64,000 bases of DNA from Sphaerodactylus townsendi (taxonomy: Eukaryota), in assembly GCF_021028975.2 (NCBI RefSeq), contig NC_059435.1:29140001-29204000 (forward strand). The letters run 5' to 3'. How positions within the stretch are numbered: position 1 is the stretch's first letter; each line of letters begins with the position of its first letter. Both the position numbers and the translations under genes were made by a program. The notes under the pieces were generated by a model. It was not told the origin of the DNA, made no database searches, and saw nothing but the letters and a program-made list of their open reading frames with translations. Below, in pieces: positions 1 to 11,985 of this stretch.

Positions 1-1580
1 TGGAACTCCATATAATAGTTGCTGTGCCAACTTGGGGTTAAAGACTTTTAATGCTGCAGGCACAAGTGGAGGGCCCGTGTTATGGAAGCAGTAGGATTGC
101 TGGATACACTGACCATGGAGTTTGTAACAGCATGGTCTCTGTGGCTGGCCCAACCCCCCTCTATAATGGAGGTGCACTCCTAAATATTTAAAACATTTGA
201 CCCTGTTCCACTGTATCTTCCTAGCACCCAACGAGATGGCTTCCAGGATTTTGAAAACACTACAACCTTCGATTTTTGAGAGTTGAGTGTCAGGCCATTG
301 GTTGTACAGTATTCGTTGCAGGTTGCTAGGAGTCGCTTCATACCGATTTTGGTCTACGACAGCAAAACTGCGTCGTCGGCATATAGCAATAGGGGATTGG
401 ATGTCCATCTAAGTTTGGACAGTGTGAGTTTACAGATTTAAGTTTGCTTGCTGTGGTCATTTAAATAAAGATTCAAAGGAACTGGTGCAAGGACACAGCC
501 TTGTTTTACTCCCTTGGAGACAGATATTTTGGGTGTAAGCGATCCCTCCTGATTGCATTTGATTTGGCATACTGTGTTATGGTGTAACACCTTGATTAGG
601 GAGATCAATCTATTCTCTACACCCATTTTTTCCAAGTTTAGCCCATAGCTTATCTCTTTGGGGATAGAGTCAAAGGCCCCTTGATGTCCAGGAATGCTGC
701 ATACAATGGCCTTTTGATTTTATTACAGGTTTTGGTTATTAGTTGGTTAATGACCATTATGTGATCGAGGGTAGATTTACCTTTGCAGAACCCTATCTGC
801 TCAGGTCCTAGAACTCCATTTGAGATGACCCAATTATTCAATCTGGTTAGTAAGAATTTAGCATAAATTTTCCCCGGTATTGATAGTAAGCTAATTGGCC
901 TGTAGTTTTCTGGAACATGATGGTCACCTTTTTTGAGAGTAGGGTGTATTATATCCTTTGTCCAGGCCTCTGGGATTGCCAGCCAGTTTTGTTGATTGTT
1001 GTAAAAAAGGGAGGCCAAGAGTGGGGCCCACCAATCCACATGCTTTTTAAATATCTCAGGTGGTAATGCATCGGGGCCTGGTGCCTTACCTGGCTTGAGT
1101 TGTTTAATCATAGACGCTACTTCTGTTGGGGTGACTGTAGGCCAATCCATGGGGATATCCGGGGATGGCAGGACTTGAGTTGCAAGGCCATACTCTTCAG
1201 CACTAAAAGTGTTCTTGTAATGCTGGTACCAGGCCTCAATTGAAATGCCAGCGGACAGGTTGTTGTTAATCCTAGAGCTACTGGACACTATTTTCCAGAA
1301 AGATCTGGTGTCATTGGAATTGGTGGCCTGAATGAGTTTTTCCCACTCTGCATTGATAATGGACATTTTAATGTCCTTTAGCCGCTGGCTGAGCTGTTTT
1401 TTAATTGAAAAGTATGTATCGGGAATGGAAGGCTCATTATTAGCTCTCTGCCATGAATACAGGGCTCTAAGTTGTTGTTTCAGATGTTGACATTCCTGGT
1501 CGAAGGCATCTGCCTGGGGTCTTTTTACTTTCTTTGGCTGATGGGTGGTGTTGACTGCGCATAAGGCATTAATGTGCTGT
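1..1580 (-). mobile_element. Non-LTR retrotransposon RT fragment, RTE-X-like, frameshifted
   Basis: ORFs 650-1366 and 438-635 contain KAPGPD, NYRPISLLS, EQIGF..GKST.DH and GVKQGCVLAP; LLYADDA lies at ~370-389 on the minus strand. Clade assignment is tentative. Confidence 0.9.
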
Positions 1581-2279
1581 CACTAAAATACCTCATTTGC
1601 AGCCCGAAAACATTTTAAATGCATGCTCAATTTTAGCGAATTTTTTGCTGAAAATTTTTTCAAAAAGTTTTGACATGCAGAGTGATCTCTTGAAGCCTTT
1701 TCTCATGCCTCTCTGCAGTCCCTGGACTTCCTCTGTTCATCACCTGTTTATTTTCATCAGTTTTTTTTAAAAAAATTGGAGGGGTGAAATTTTTGAAGCT
1801 TTGAGTGCACAAGCTGTGGGGAATTGCAGCACGAAGCATTGATCTCACAGATGATTTTTTTAAACCCAGAAAAAAACACAGAATATTATCTTTCTCTGCC
1901 ACCTACACTGCAATTCCATTGGGGGAGTTAAGCCTGGATGGTGAATGGTCTAGTTAGTAGTTGGACAAGAATTTTGTGGACAAGTCTTCCTTGCTGAGTA
2001 ACTCTTTGCCTTCCCTGCTAATTGAAGCTTTGCCTAGAGCTCCAGTACTATGTGTTCTTACTTGGAAGTAACCCACACTGCATCTAAATATGCAGAGTAG
2101 CAACCTGTGCTCTCAAGGGCCCTTATTCACAAAAGGCCATGCTAGTAAGGTTTGCAGCCTTTGATCCTCAGAAAGTTAGTATTGCTTCCAGTATCACTGA
2201 TTTCAGTAGAATTTCACTTAGCTGGGACCAAACCCAGCTAACTCTCTCTGCAAAGTGGCCATTTGGTGCAAAAGAAATC

Positions 2280-2670
2280 CAGCATGATGTAGTGGTTGCA
2301 GTTTTGTGCTAATATCTGGCAGATACCAGTTCAAATCCCCACTCTGTAGAAGAAATTCAACATTAACCTCCAGGTGGGAGAACGAGAACTGATCTCCAGA
2401 CTACAGAGAGCAGATCCCCTTGGAAAAAAATGTTGCCTTAAAGGGTGCACTCTGTAGCTTATGCCACTGTTCCCCCCTCCTGATGCTGCCGCCGCAAACT
2501 GTCCTCTCCAGATTCCAGGAATTTACCAGCCCAGAGTTGGCAACCCGGCAGGTAAGTGGCCTTGGGCCAATTGCTTTCTCTAAGCATAACCTCTGACATG
2601 GGATGGCTGTTAGGACTAAAAAGAAGGCAGGGTTATAAGCTACTTAAATATAAGTATCTAAATAAATAAA
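2280..2670 (+). mobile_element. Old tRNA-derived SINE with nested TAGGGTTGCCA-type MITE (~2365-2547)
   Basis: A/B-box-like head (tgtagtggtt...gttcaaatccc) and (taaa)n tail; the internal segment matches the MITE at 45397-45604 and ends ttggcaaccc. Confidence 0.6.
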
Positions 2671-4381
2671 TCTTAGGGTGTATACAGAATATGTTTCTCG
2701 TTCTCATCTTTGAATGGAAATGCCTTCGATGCACTGAACATTTACTGTGATGTTCCAGAAGCTAAGTCAATCCAGAATTATACACATATATGGTCCTGTT
2801 CTCTACACAGGCTGGAATAATGTTCAATGCAACTTAGCCATTTTCGTTCAAAGATAAGAATGCAAAACGTACACTGAATTCAATAGAATTTTTCCTTATA
2901 AATTGTTGGCATTTGTGATGCTAGTATAATATAATACTGTTATGTTCATTGAGATTTATCGTCAGTTGGAGCTGTAGTCAGGTGTTGCTGGAATTAACAA
3001 GGGAAAATGAATATAGTGTAATGATTTATTTGCTACAAGAATGGAAAACCCCAGCAAACTTGGAACTGGCTAGATTTGAAGCAGGCAGGACAGCTGTGCC
3101 TTGTTGGGTCTGTTAATTGCTTTCTCAAACTGCTGTTTATCACCACTGTGTGTGACAACTGATGAGTGTCTAGACGTACATCCATACACATAAACTCCAT
3201 ATGCTGGCTTCTTTTTGGGGATTTGGATTCTCTATATTATGTGATGAGAAGCATTCAGCAGACGTTTCATGGGCGTTATAGACCTGACTGACTAAAATCT
3301 ACAGTCTTGAAGGGTGACTCCTTAGTCCTGCTTTTTTGACTGTGTACATGTTTACTGAAGTTAGGGTGTTGTGGGTTTTCTGGGTTGTATGTTGCCAACA
3401 CCGCTTTAATATATGCTGGGAGATTTTAAGGGTGGAGGAGATTTCAACAAAGTATAGAAATAAAGAGGGTTTATGTCCCACCTACAGCCTGAAGTAGTAC
3501 AGCCCACTTTCTTACCTCATTTTGCTGCCTATCTTGGAGGTTGTGGCTTGGGGGTGTTGTCTCACACAAAGTTGAAAGCATATTTTGTTTAGTGCTTTAG
3601 AGCATTAGGGGAACATGCTGGCTGAAACACTGACTTTAAAAAAAGGCTACAAAGTAAACCCCAGCTGGAATGGAGACCCTGTAAGAATGTGGTTCACTTT
3701 TGGTTTTTCTTCCCATGTATGAATCATGTAGGTGCTAATTAAAGCAGTAATTAAAAACAAAACAAAAACAGACCTCAATGGAAAAAAGTTTATCTTTTTC
3801 TTAGTTACATCCTCTATTGTCAAATGTTTACTTAAAAGTTAGAGGCTATCGTGATTTATGATGAGGTCGGCAATAAAAGCAGACGAGGTGGGGGAAAAAA
3901 AGCAGAGCTGGATCAAGTTAGAAGATTTAAATATGATTGGCATGAACTAATTGGGCAAATCTAATTAAAAATAATGAGTGCCAAGTAAAGCATCTTTAGC
4001 CTACTGGAGTGTTAAAAGTTAAGCAAGGATGTAATTATCTTGCACTAAAATCAACGAGACTTACAGTGTCGTCCTAAGCAATATTTGGGTATGGTGGAGC
4101 AGGGTGGCATGCAGACCCATCTTCATGCAGAAAGAAGAATGAGAAAGGTCTGTACGTAGGAGTGTTTAGAACAGGGCTAGACCAAGAGCAATGGCCCAGG
4201 ACCCCCCCTATTTATCTGTGAAGATGTGAATAGCTTTTTGGCCCAATGTTATTTTTATGAAACCTATTTCTTGAATGAAACAACAGAAGCATGCTCCATC
4301 TTCTTCTTGGTTGCTTATCAGAATAGCAGTTTAGGTTGATTGTTCGATGCATTCAGATTTACCAATACCCAGGCTATAAAT

Positions 4382-4995
4382 TAGGATTGCCAGGTGCAGG
4401 TTGGGGAAAACCTGGAGATTTTGCTGGTGGAACCTGGGGAGGGAAGGGAAGGGACTTCAATAGGATATAATAATGCCATAGACTCCACCTTCCTTTTTTT
4501 TTTTTAAAAAAAATGATCTTTATTCATTTTATATATGAATACAACTTAAAACAAACAACATATAGTCCAAACTCTAACTATGTGTGAGTCTAAACACATA
4601 ACAGCTTATAAATCAGTTTCTTCTCTTCCCTTTCCATTCTATACTAATCCCTCCCTATTCCTGACATAAATTCTCTTTACTTGCGTTCCCCACCTCCCTA
4701 TAATCCACCGTTCTAACCTACGTAACCTAAGGTTAAAACATTCTCCCACCTGAACCCCCTGCCCCTTTCACCACACTTCCCCCTTTACTCCCTTCTCAAC
4801 TCCCTTATCACTCCTAACCTAACAACTACTCCTTTCACAATTATATAACCTATAACATATAACAACAATAACATTGAGCCATAGACTCCACCTTCCAAAG
4901 GAGCCATTTTCTCCAGGTGAACTGATCTCTATCTGCTGGAGATCAGTTGTAATCCTTGGAGATCTCTCACCATTGCCTGGAGGTTGGTAACCCTA
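4382..4995. mobile_element. ~210-bp hAT-like MITE (TAGGGTTGCCA-type termini) interrupted by a retroposed insert
   Basis: Termini taggattgcca / tggtaacccta; body similar to 45397-45604; imperfect 8-bp TSD ctataaat/ctaataat. Confidence 0.8.
4494..4877 (-). mobile_element. 5'-truncated poly(A) retroposed insert, probably an L1 3' end
   Basis: Poly-T at 4494-4506, minus-strand AATAAA nearby, and a perfect 19-bp TSD gccatagactccaccttcc (4475-4493, 4878-4896). Confidence 0.85.
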
Positions 4996-7900
4996 CTAAT
5001 AATGCTTGCTGGCCGAGACATTCAATGGCCTCCGGAAAGAAGAGCATATGCAATGCACACTTCAATAATGTACCCAACTGGAAGAAAAGGGGGACTAAAC
5101 ACAGTGCTGTTGGATCACCTCTGCATTCTAGTCTCCGTGTGCAAAAAGAGGGAGAACTGGACTGAATGTTTAATTTTGCCTCTAATGAATTGGAATCTTT
5201 TCTTCTGGTGAGTCTATGGAGTATCATGCAGTGGCATAAACCAGCCTATACTGAGCAAGTGGGCCTGTGCTACACAAATGGTGATTTCCTGTCAGTCGTT
5301 TTTCTCTACAGTCATTTATGCCACCAGATATTGTGCCCCCATGAGTCAGTTGACTCTTAAGAGCAATATGGGGGGGGGTCTAAGTGCGGAGGGGGCTAGA
5401 GTAAGGGGGAAATTGACTAAAATCTGCCTCAAGTGCCACCTTGAACAACACGAGAAGGCAGGATATATATGTTTTGATAAATAAGTGGAAGCGGCTACCA
5501 AAAGTGGAAAGGCATCTTAGGATCTTGACCCAGGTGTGCCTATGGAAAGGTATGCCTAATCGTTACAATCTGGAAAAAAACCCCTTTATTTCACATCCAC
5601 TATATAATTCCAGCCCTGTGATTTCTGTCATACATTTCAAGCTAGACAAGTATAAAGAACCAAACTTGACTATGTGAATTCTTTCCAGTGCTGCGTGTTT
5701 TCATGGAATGTGACTAAATTTATTGTTCTAATAAATAGGAACACAATCCTATTGTAAACTGCGTTACTGCCACTGTCTCTTTCCCTGGCAAACCCCCAAC
5801 TGTGATTTAATGTCTTCCATCTGTCTTTTGCTCGTGAGATTTTATTCCGTGTGAGGACCAAAGAAAATGGAGATCCTTTTGTTAGGAACACAAAGGGGCG
5901 ATCTGTTCTTCCTTTCCCCGTTATGTTTTTAGTTCTTTCCCCTGTAGAACGAAGGTTGTTACCGTGAATACATATTTTCCCATATGTCAGATAATCATCA
6001 GTGATCTTAATGCCCTTTGTGACCCTGTTGGCCTTTTCCACCCTGTCAGCCAAATGAATGCTTAGAAGATATTGGATTGTGTGGCTTTTGAATGGTAACG
6101 GCACATTTAATGCACCGCTTTCTAAAAAAACACAATTGGATTATTTGCTTTTTGTTACTTGGCATTTATGATATGCCCTCACTAGTGTGAGGTATGAAAG
6201 GTTAGGAAGCAGCCTTGTTTGTCATTGGAAATGAAAGATTTCCACACAGGGCAGAAGTGTAAAAAAAAAAAAACAGCCTAGCAAAGTTTCATGGTTCCTT
6301 GCCTCAGAGTGTAGGTGGCAGGGTTCAATTCTACACGTTTTTTGTTGTTAGGAGAATCCTGGTTAACCGAGAAACAGGTTGCATGTTTTCAAAATGCTGA
6401 GGATATAAAGCTGCTGCATTTTCACAGATCCTACACAGGTTAGCCCACTCAGTTTTATTACTTTGCTATTTTTATTAACTGGAAGCAGGAGGGCTCATCT
6501 CTGCCACCTAAAGAGCTGTTGTTATTTGCGCGTGCATTCACACACACACACACATATGTGTGTATGTACGTGTCTTATATACATGCATCCTATATGTATG
6601 CATACTGCATTGTTTATATATGATCTCAAGGGAAGAAAAAAAAATCCACCCTGAAAGGTCATAAATGGACTGGGGAGATGGGGAAATCATGTAATCCTTG
6701 GGCCCATGAAGGGTACCCATTTTTCCTCTCCCCATGTTTTTGCTCTGGTCCCCTTTCTGCCTTTAAGGTCCTTTCCCCCCCACCCCATATTAGTATGTTT
6801 TCCAACACTTTCAGAGAATCTGTTGACTTGAAAGCACAAGGGGGGGGGGGAGGCACAGACTAATAGAATTGTGCCTGCCAAAGCATTTAGTGTAATGTCT
6901 GAAGAAACAAACCACACACACTCAGGCACTGTATGTGTGATGAGGTGCCCTAATTTTTGCAGTGTTCATGATTGCATGGGCACAGCCTGTACATTAGGTT
7001 TTGCATGGGCACAGGTTCTGTTCAGAAATTCACAGGGGAACGGGCACATCTAGTGTGATGCATAGAGGTCTGTCAGTGCAGTTCCTAGTGTTGTTATTGT
7101 TTTTCAACTGTTCCTCTGTTAGCAGGCAAAGGGGAGTGGCTGTTCCCCTCGAGCACATTTTTGAAGAGAGGTGCCTAATCAGGGGCATATCTACTTAATT
7201 ACAGGTATACCTTTGCATAACTATGCAGCTCATTCATTGAAGCTATCCTGTGTGCACCTCTTTTTTCTTTTTTCCTTCCTCTTTCTCCTCCCCATCTTTT
7301 CCCTCCTAATACTGTGTTTGTTGTTACTTTTGTGTGCACTCAGCGTAACACTGCCAGAAAAGGTAGCTGGTTGGGGCAGAATTGGCACAAGATAGGAAAG
7401 TGCTTTTGGTATCTCTGGCAGGCACGGTCTGCCAGTTCAACAGCTCATGGGGTCTCTTCAAAGCACAGGAAGATCCAGCAGCTTTGCAGTTCTTTCAAGA
7501 GGTTATTGGATTGATTGGAACGTGGGAAAGGGCAAGATGTCTCACGGGTGAGCTGAATCGCATGCATTTGGGGACAAGGTGTCTGCACTGGACAAAGCAT
7601 GTCTTTAGGATTAGTTGGGAAAGGTGACTCCCCCCCTTCTCCGGTGTTTTTTGGCAGCCTCTCTCGTCCCATTGGAGCAACACTTTCTCCCATTCTTGAC
7701 CCATTCCCATTATGATAGATCATGCATGGGGATTAAGATATTTAATTATTTCATTCCTCAATGGGAAGTGGAAACAGCTGTCAATCATCTGCAGCAAGCT
7801 GGGGTGGGATTCTCTTTAAGGTGATTAAAATGGCTTGCGTGGAACAGAAAGGTGTGGGTTTGGGGTTGTTTTTTTTGCATTTTTCTTCCTTTTTCCCAAT

Positions 7901-8294
7901 CCTCAATTTATTTTGCATTAATAGGATGCTGCTTTATAAGTAATGGTAGCTCCACCATGGAACTGTGACCTCAGTCAAAATTAGGTCAGCTTCAAGTAGC
8001 TGCTTCTCACTCCCTGTTGCTCACTCCGGCTTGGGGCCAATGAACTTCTGGAGGGGCACTGGCCATGATAGAAATGATTCTTATGTTATACATAACATTG
8101 TTTCAATAAAAATCTTCTTAATTACTGTTTTATGACAAGACTCAAAATCAGCGAGCCACCAGACATTAAAGGGGCAGCCTAAGGTTTATTACCTGAGTTA
8201 CAAGATCATCAATAAAAATCTGTTGGTGCAGACTCCAAGTGTAGCATGATGAGAAAAGGATTTTTTTTTAAAAAATTGGCTATTTGTTAAGTGC

Positions 8295-8500
8295 CTTGAC
8301 CTGGCTAGCCCAGGCTAGCCTGATCTCTTCAGATGTCAGCAGCTAAGCAGGGTCATCCCTTGTTCGAATTTGGATGGGCAACATTTAGGGACTTCCAGGG
8401 TTCTGACACAGAGGCAAGCAGTGGCAAACCACCTCCAAGCCTCTCTTGGCTTGCAAACCATACAAGATTGCCACAAGTCAGTTGTGACTTGACAGCACAC
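8295..8500 (+). mobile_element. 5S rRNA-derived SINE (5S-Sauria-like)
   Basis: gcctgatctc...agctaagcagggtc...ttggatggg resembles the 5S rRNA internal control region; it is followed by a Sauria/BovB-type tail (ggcaaaccacctc...gtgacttgacagcac). Confidence 0.8.
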
Positions 8501-10689
8501 TCACACGCTCATTTGTTAAGGATTTCTTTGGAACTGGCATCCATCCAGACTAACGTAAAGAATATCCAGGTACCCTGGGCTTAAAGGGGGCTTGTTCAAG
8601 CCCAATAAGTACTAAAGCATGCTTGGTCTTCAGTGAGTTTTCAGGGGAAAAAGAATTCCAGAGCTCAGGGGCAGATACTGTAACCTCCATTCCCTTGAGA
8701 TCCTGGTATGGTGAATAAGTAGTCCTACCACAATTTGTAGTGTTCCCCTTCTCTGCCTCTCCATTTCTTTATTTTGTTCTAATACTGACTTTCCATATGA
8801 GGCTGCCATTCTTAACAAAGATGAGAGACTAAGTCTTGTTGAACTCTTCACTTATGAGCAAACATTCATAAGATCATGTCGATTGTTAAGATCAGGGCCT
8901 TTTTATGTGCTTGCTCTCCCTGATTTTAGAACCTGCCTACACCTCTGATCAGGCGCCTAGGGGTCCAATTCTAGGAGGGATCGCAGCCCAAGGTGATGAG
9001 TGCTCAAAACTGCCCAGTGCCAATTGCTTGACCTGAAGTGCCCCAGAGAGCCACTCTTTGTTCCTGTGGGGGAACATTTGGCTTCTGATAAGAGTACCAT
9101 ATGTTTCCCTCAAAAATTACAAAATAGCAACTGCCTGAAGCTGTTTCTGCTCCAGAGAATGGTGCAAGGAGCTGCATCCATGGAATTTGCAATGTCACAT
9201 CTGTGCTGCTGACTCTACAGATCAGGTGTCTTAAAATGACTCCTATACAGCTTTGCTTGTTTCAATGGGAGGGGGAAACACGTACTTTGCTTTCTTTCCA
9301 GTATATTCCATGAGACTTAAAGGACCTTAAACTTGGTTGAATACAACTATGAGTTCCTTGAATCTTTAATAGGTGCTCCAATATTATCTGTTCAGCCTTT
9401 ATGCAGGCAAAGAATAACACAGTCTACTGTTTGGAGTCCACTGTGCAAATATTAAATATTAGCTCATATTGAAAGTAATGTGTAACATAATTGACTGATG
9501 AAGACAATGAGCATATGAGCACTTACTGCTTGCCCCGAGGCTGTTTGCTTTGCAGTGGGGTTTTCCTGTGGTTTTCTGTTTACAGAAGAGATTGGGCTGG
9601 AGTATTCACTCAGGCACTGTTCTCTGGTCTATTCAGTAGAGACAAGCTGGTCTGAAACAACAGCTTTTATTTGCAAGAAAGGCACTTCTTACAATCATCA
9701 GCATTCACTAAGATACAAGAACTAGAAACTGAAACCAAGAGCTCTACCTAGAGGACCAAACTAAATCACACAGATAATAAGAGAAGGAGCAGATTAGTCT
9801 ATATATATACACACATACAAACACAATAAATGTAGAACAATAGCAGAGCCCCTTTTGCCTAAACTATTTGTATTTAAAAGGGTCCTTTTTGTCTGAACTA
9901 AAGTAGCCTGTCAGTCCAACAGGGGCAAAAGTTTTTATTCTGTATGCCTAGTTGTTGCTGTTTTTTGCAAACTCCCCCCCTTTTTTCCCTGGCATCCAAT
10001 AACTAAAAAAAATGATCCCTTGCTTCAGCGATAGACCTGCAGTATTTTAAAAAAGCACAAAAAACCCAAAACCCTTCTAATTGTTTGGAAATGGTGACCA
10101 GAAGAGTGGGAAAAACTGCTGTTGAGTGAAATGGGGAAGGCAGGAAGGAGTAAAAAAACCCAGATAAAAAGCACACTTCCTATTTAGCTGTTTTGCTTTT
10201 CTGGGAAAAGCGAAGCATCAGGAAAAGTTGCATTTTGCCAGCATTTGGAAACAGCACAGCTTCTCTGCTCTGCCCTGTGGTGGCTTCAGAAAGGGCAAAA
10301 AACAATGCATTAAAAAGTCTGGGCAAAATAAAGGTAAGCTCGCTGCCAGACAGAACACAAATATGCAAATGGCCAATGTTCCTGTTTTAGTTTCTTTCTT
10401 ATAACAGAACAAGTTTGGCAGAATCCTTTCCAGTCCAAAGTGACTGAGCTCAGCTGTGATTTGGGTCTCTCTGAAATCTATCTGGGTCTATCAGATCTCA
10501 GCAGGCACCAGGCTTCAGAACAGATTTTGCTTACAGGAGTGGTAGCTCAACAGCATGCAAAGTAAATTAAAAGTTCTAATTTGGCATGATAATATTGGTT
10601 CTTTCTGTCAGTAAATAATTTGGAAAATTACCTAAACAAACACAAGATATCTAGTTTCAAAAGCGCAATTAGAGCCTTTTCTCACCTAA

Positions 10690-10990
10690 TCAGCACTTAC
10701 CAGCAAAATTGCTGACTGCCACAGTTGGCTGGGATCCAGCAGGAGGGCCTTCTCAACAGCCATCACCCTAGTTGTGTAACACCCTTTCATGGGAGTTTAA
10801 TGGCTCCATCTTTGGTTTGAAGACTTCTCTTTCTCAGAGGACTGAGGTAAACTTATGCATGGTATTGTGGAGGTGTTGGTAGTGACATTGGTATGCTGCG
10901 TGATTTTTAAAACATGTTATTTTAGTTTCTACTTATTATATTTTAACCCCCTTAAGGACCTTTTTCTCATTGAAAGGTTGTATAAATAAG
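10690..10990 (+). mobile_element. Decayed L2 3' fragment
   Basis: ggagggccttctc... motif, T-rich 3' UTR and tataaataa tail. Confidence 0.45.
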
Positions 10991-11282
10991 CTCCATATGA
11001 TTCATTGTCTTATTTTCTTGAACTCCAAAGAGAACCTTCCACTGTAGCTAAGATCTCCACATTAAATTGTCAAGGTTTTTTGCTAGGTGACAGCAGTATA
11101 AGTTTGCAAGCAATAGTTACTTTGTTCAGTATGTCAGCCTTGAAAATCCAATTGAGCTTTTACTAGCAGTTTTTTTTCTGGTAAATAATGATTAGGGTGG
11201 TGGTTTTTTAAAATATCTTAACTGTTGACTTACTTCATCATTCCCATGGGCTCCTTCTTTGGAATGTCATTCCCTACTGATA

Positions 11283-11745
11283 ATTTTTATTTTTATTCAA
11301 TTTATATCCTACCCTCCCCAACAAAAGTAAGGCTCAGGGTGGTGTACAACATATTTAAAATCAATTTTAGCAGCACATAAATTACGCAATCATTAAAACA
11401 CAAAATGGTAATAAATCTAAGCCTGCAAAAGGAATCCAGCCCAGCTCGAACAGAAACTTTCAGTCAAAGCCGTTTAAGCACAGGCTAAATCAAGGGGGGT
11501 AATGCGGAAAGACAGCACATAGGGAGGCAGGCAGATGGCATCAGGGATGCACTAGTGGTATCAAACAAAGGCCTGGCGGAACATCTCCATCTTTCAGGCC
11601 CTGACGAATTGTCTAGGATCACACAGGGCCCTGGGGTCAGCTGTCAGAAAGTTCCACCAGGCTGGAGCTAGAGCAGAAAAAGACCTGGCTCTGGTTGAGG
11701 CCAAATGGCTCTTCCTTGGAGCCAGGGACCGCCAATAATAGTTTG
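11283..11745 (-). mobile_element. L2 3' fragment
   Basis: (ttta)n tail then tatatcctaccctcccc...ggctcagggtgg; the ORF-end motifs aaggcctggcggaac and gttccaccagg are typical of squamate L2. Confidence 0.75.
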
Positions 11746-11985
11746 ATGTATTGTCGAAGACTTTCATGGCTGGAATCAGTGATCTCCCAAAGGCGCCTGG
11801 TGGGTCACTGTGAGTAGCAAAGTGCTGGACTAGATGGACTCTGGTCTGATCCAGCAGTGTTCTTAACCACTAGGATGTTGTGGGTTTTCCTTCAGAGGAA
11901 GATGTCAGCCATAGATGCAGGCAAAACGTCAGGAGAAAATACCACTGGAACACAGCCATACAGCCCACAAAACCCACAACATCTT
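11746..11985. mobile_element. Penelope-like terminal remnant (inverted configuration) with nested CR1 3' fragment (~11780-11866)
   Basis: ttgtcgaagactttcatggc start; inverted pair ggatgttgtgggttttc / aaaacccacaacatc; 12-bp TSD aataatagtttg (11734-11745, 11986-11997); CR1-type ggactagatggac...ggtctgatccagc inside. Confidence 0.75.

Noticed and set aside
5670-6104. 144-aa minus-strand ORF
   Set aside because: Non-ATG start, no recognisable domain and no splice support.
8315-8405. 5S rRNA gene
   Set aside because: Partial, diverged and fused to a SINE tail.
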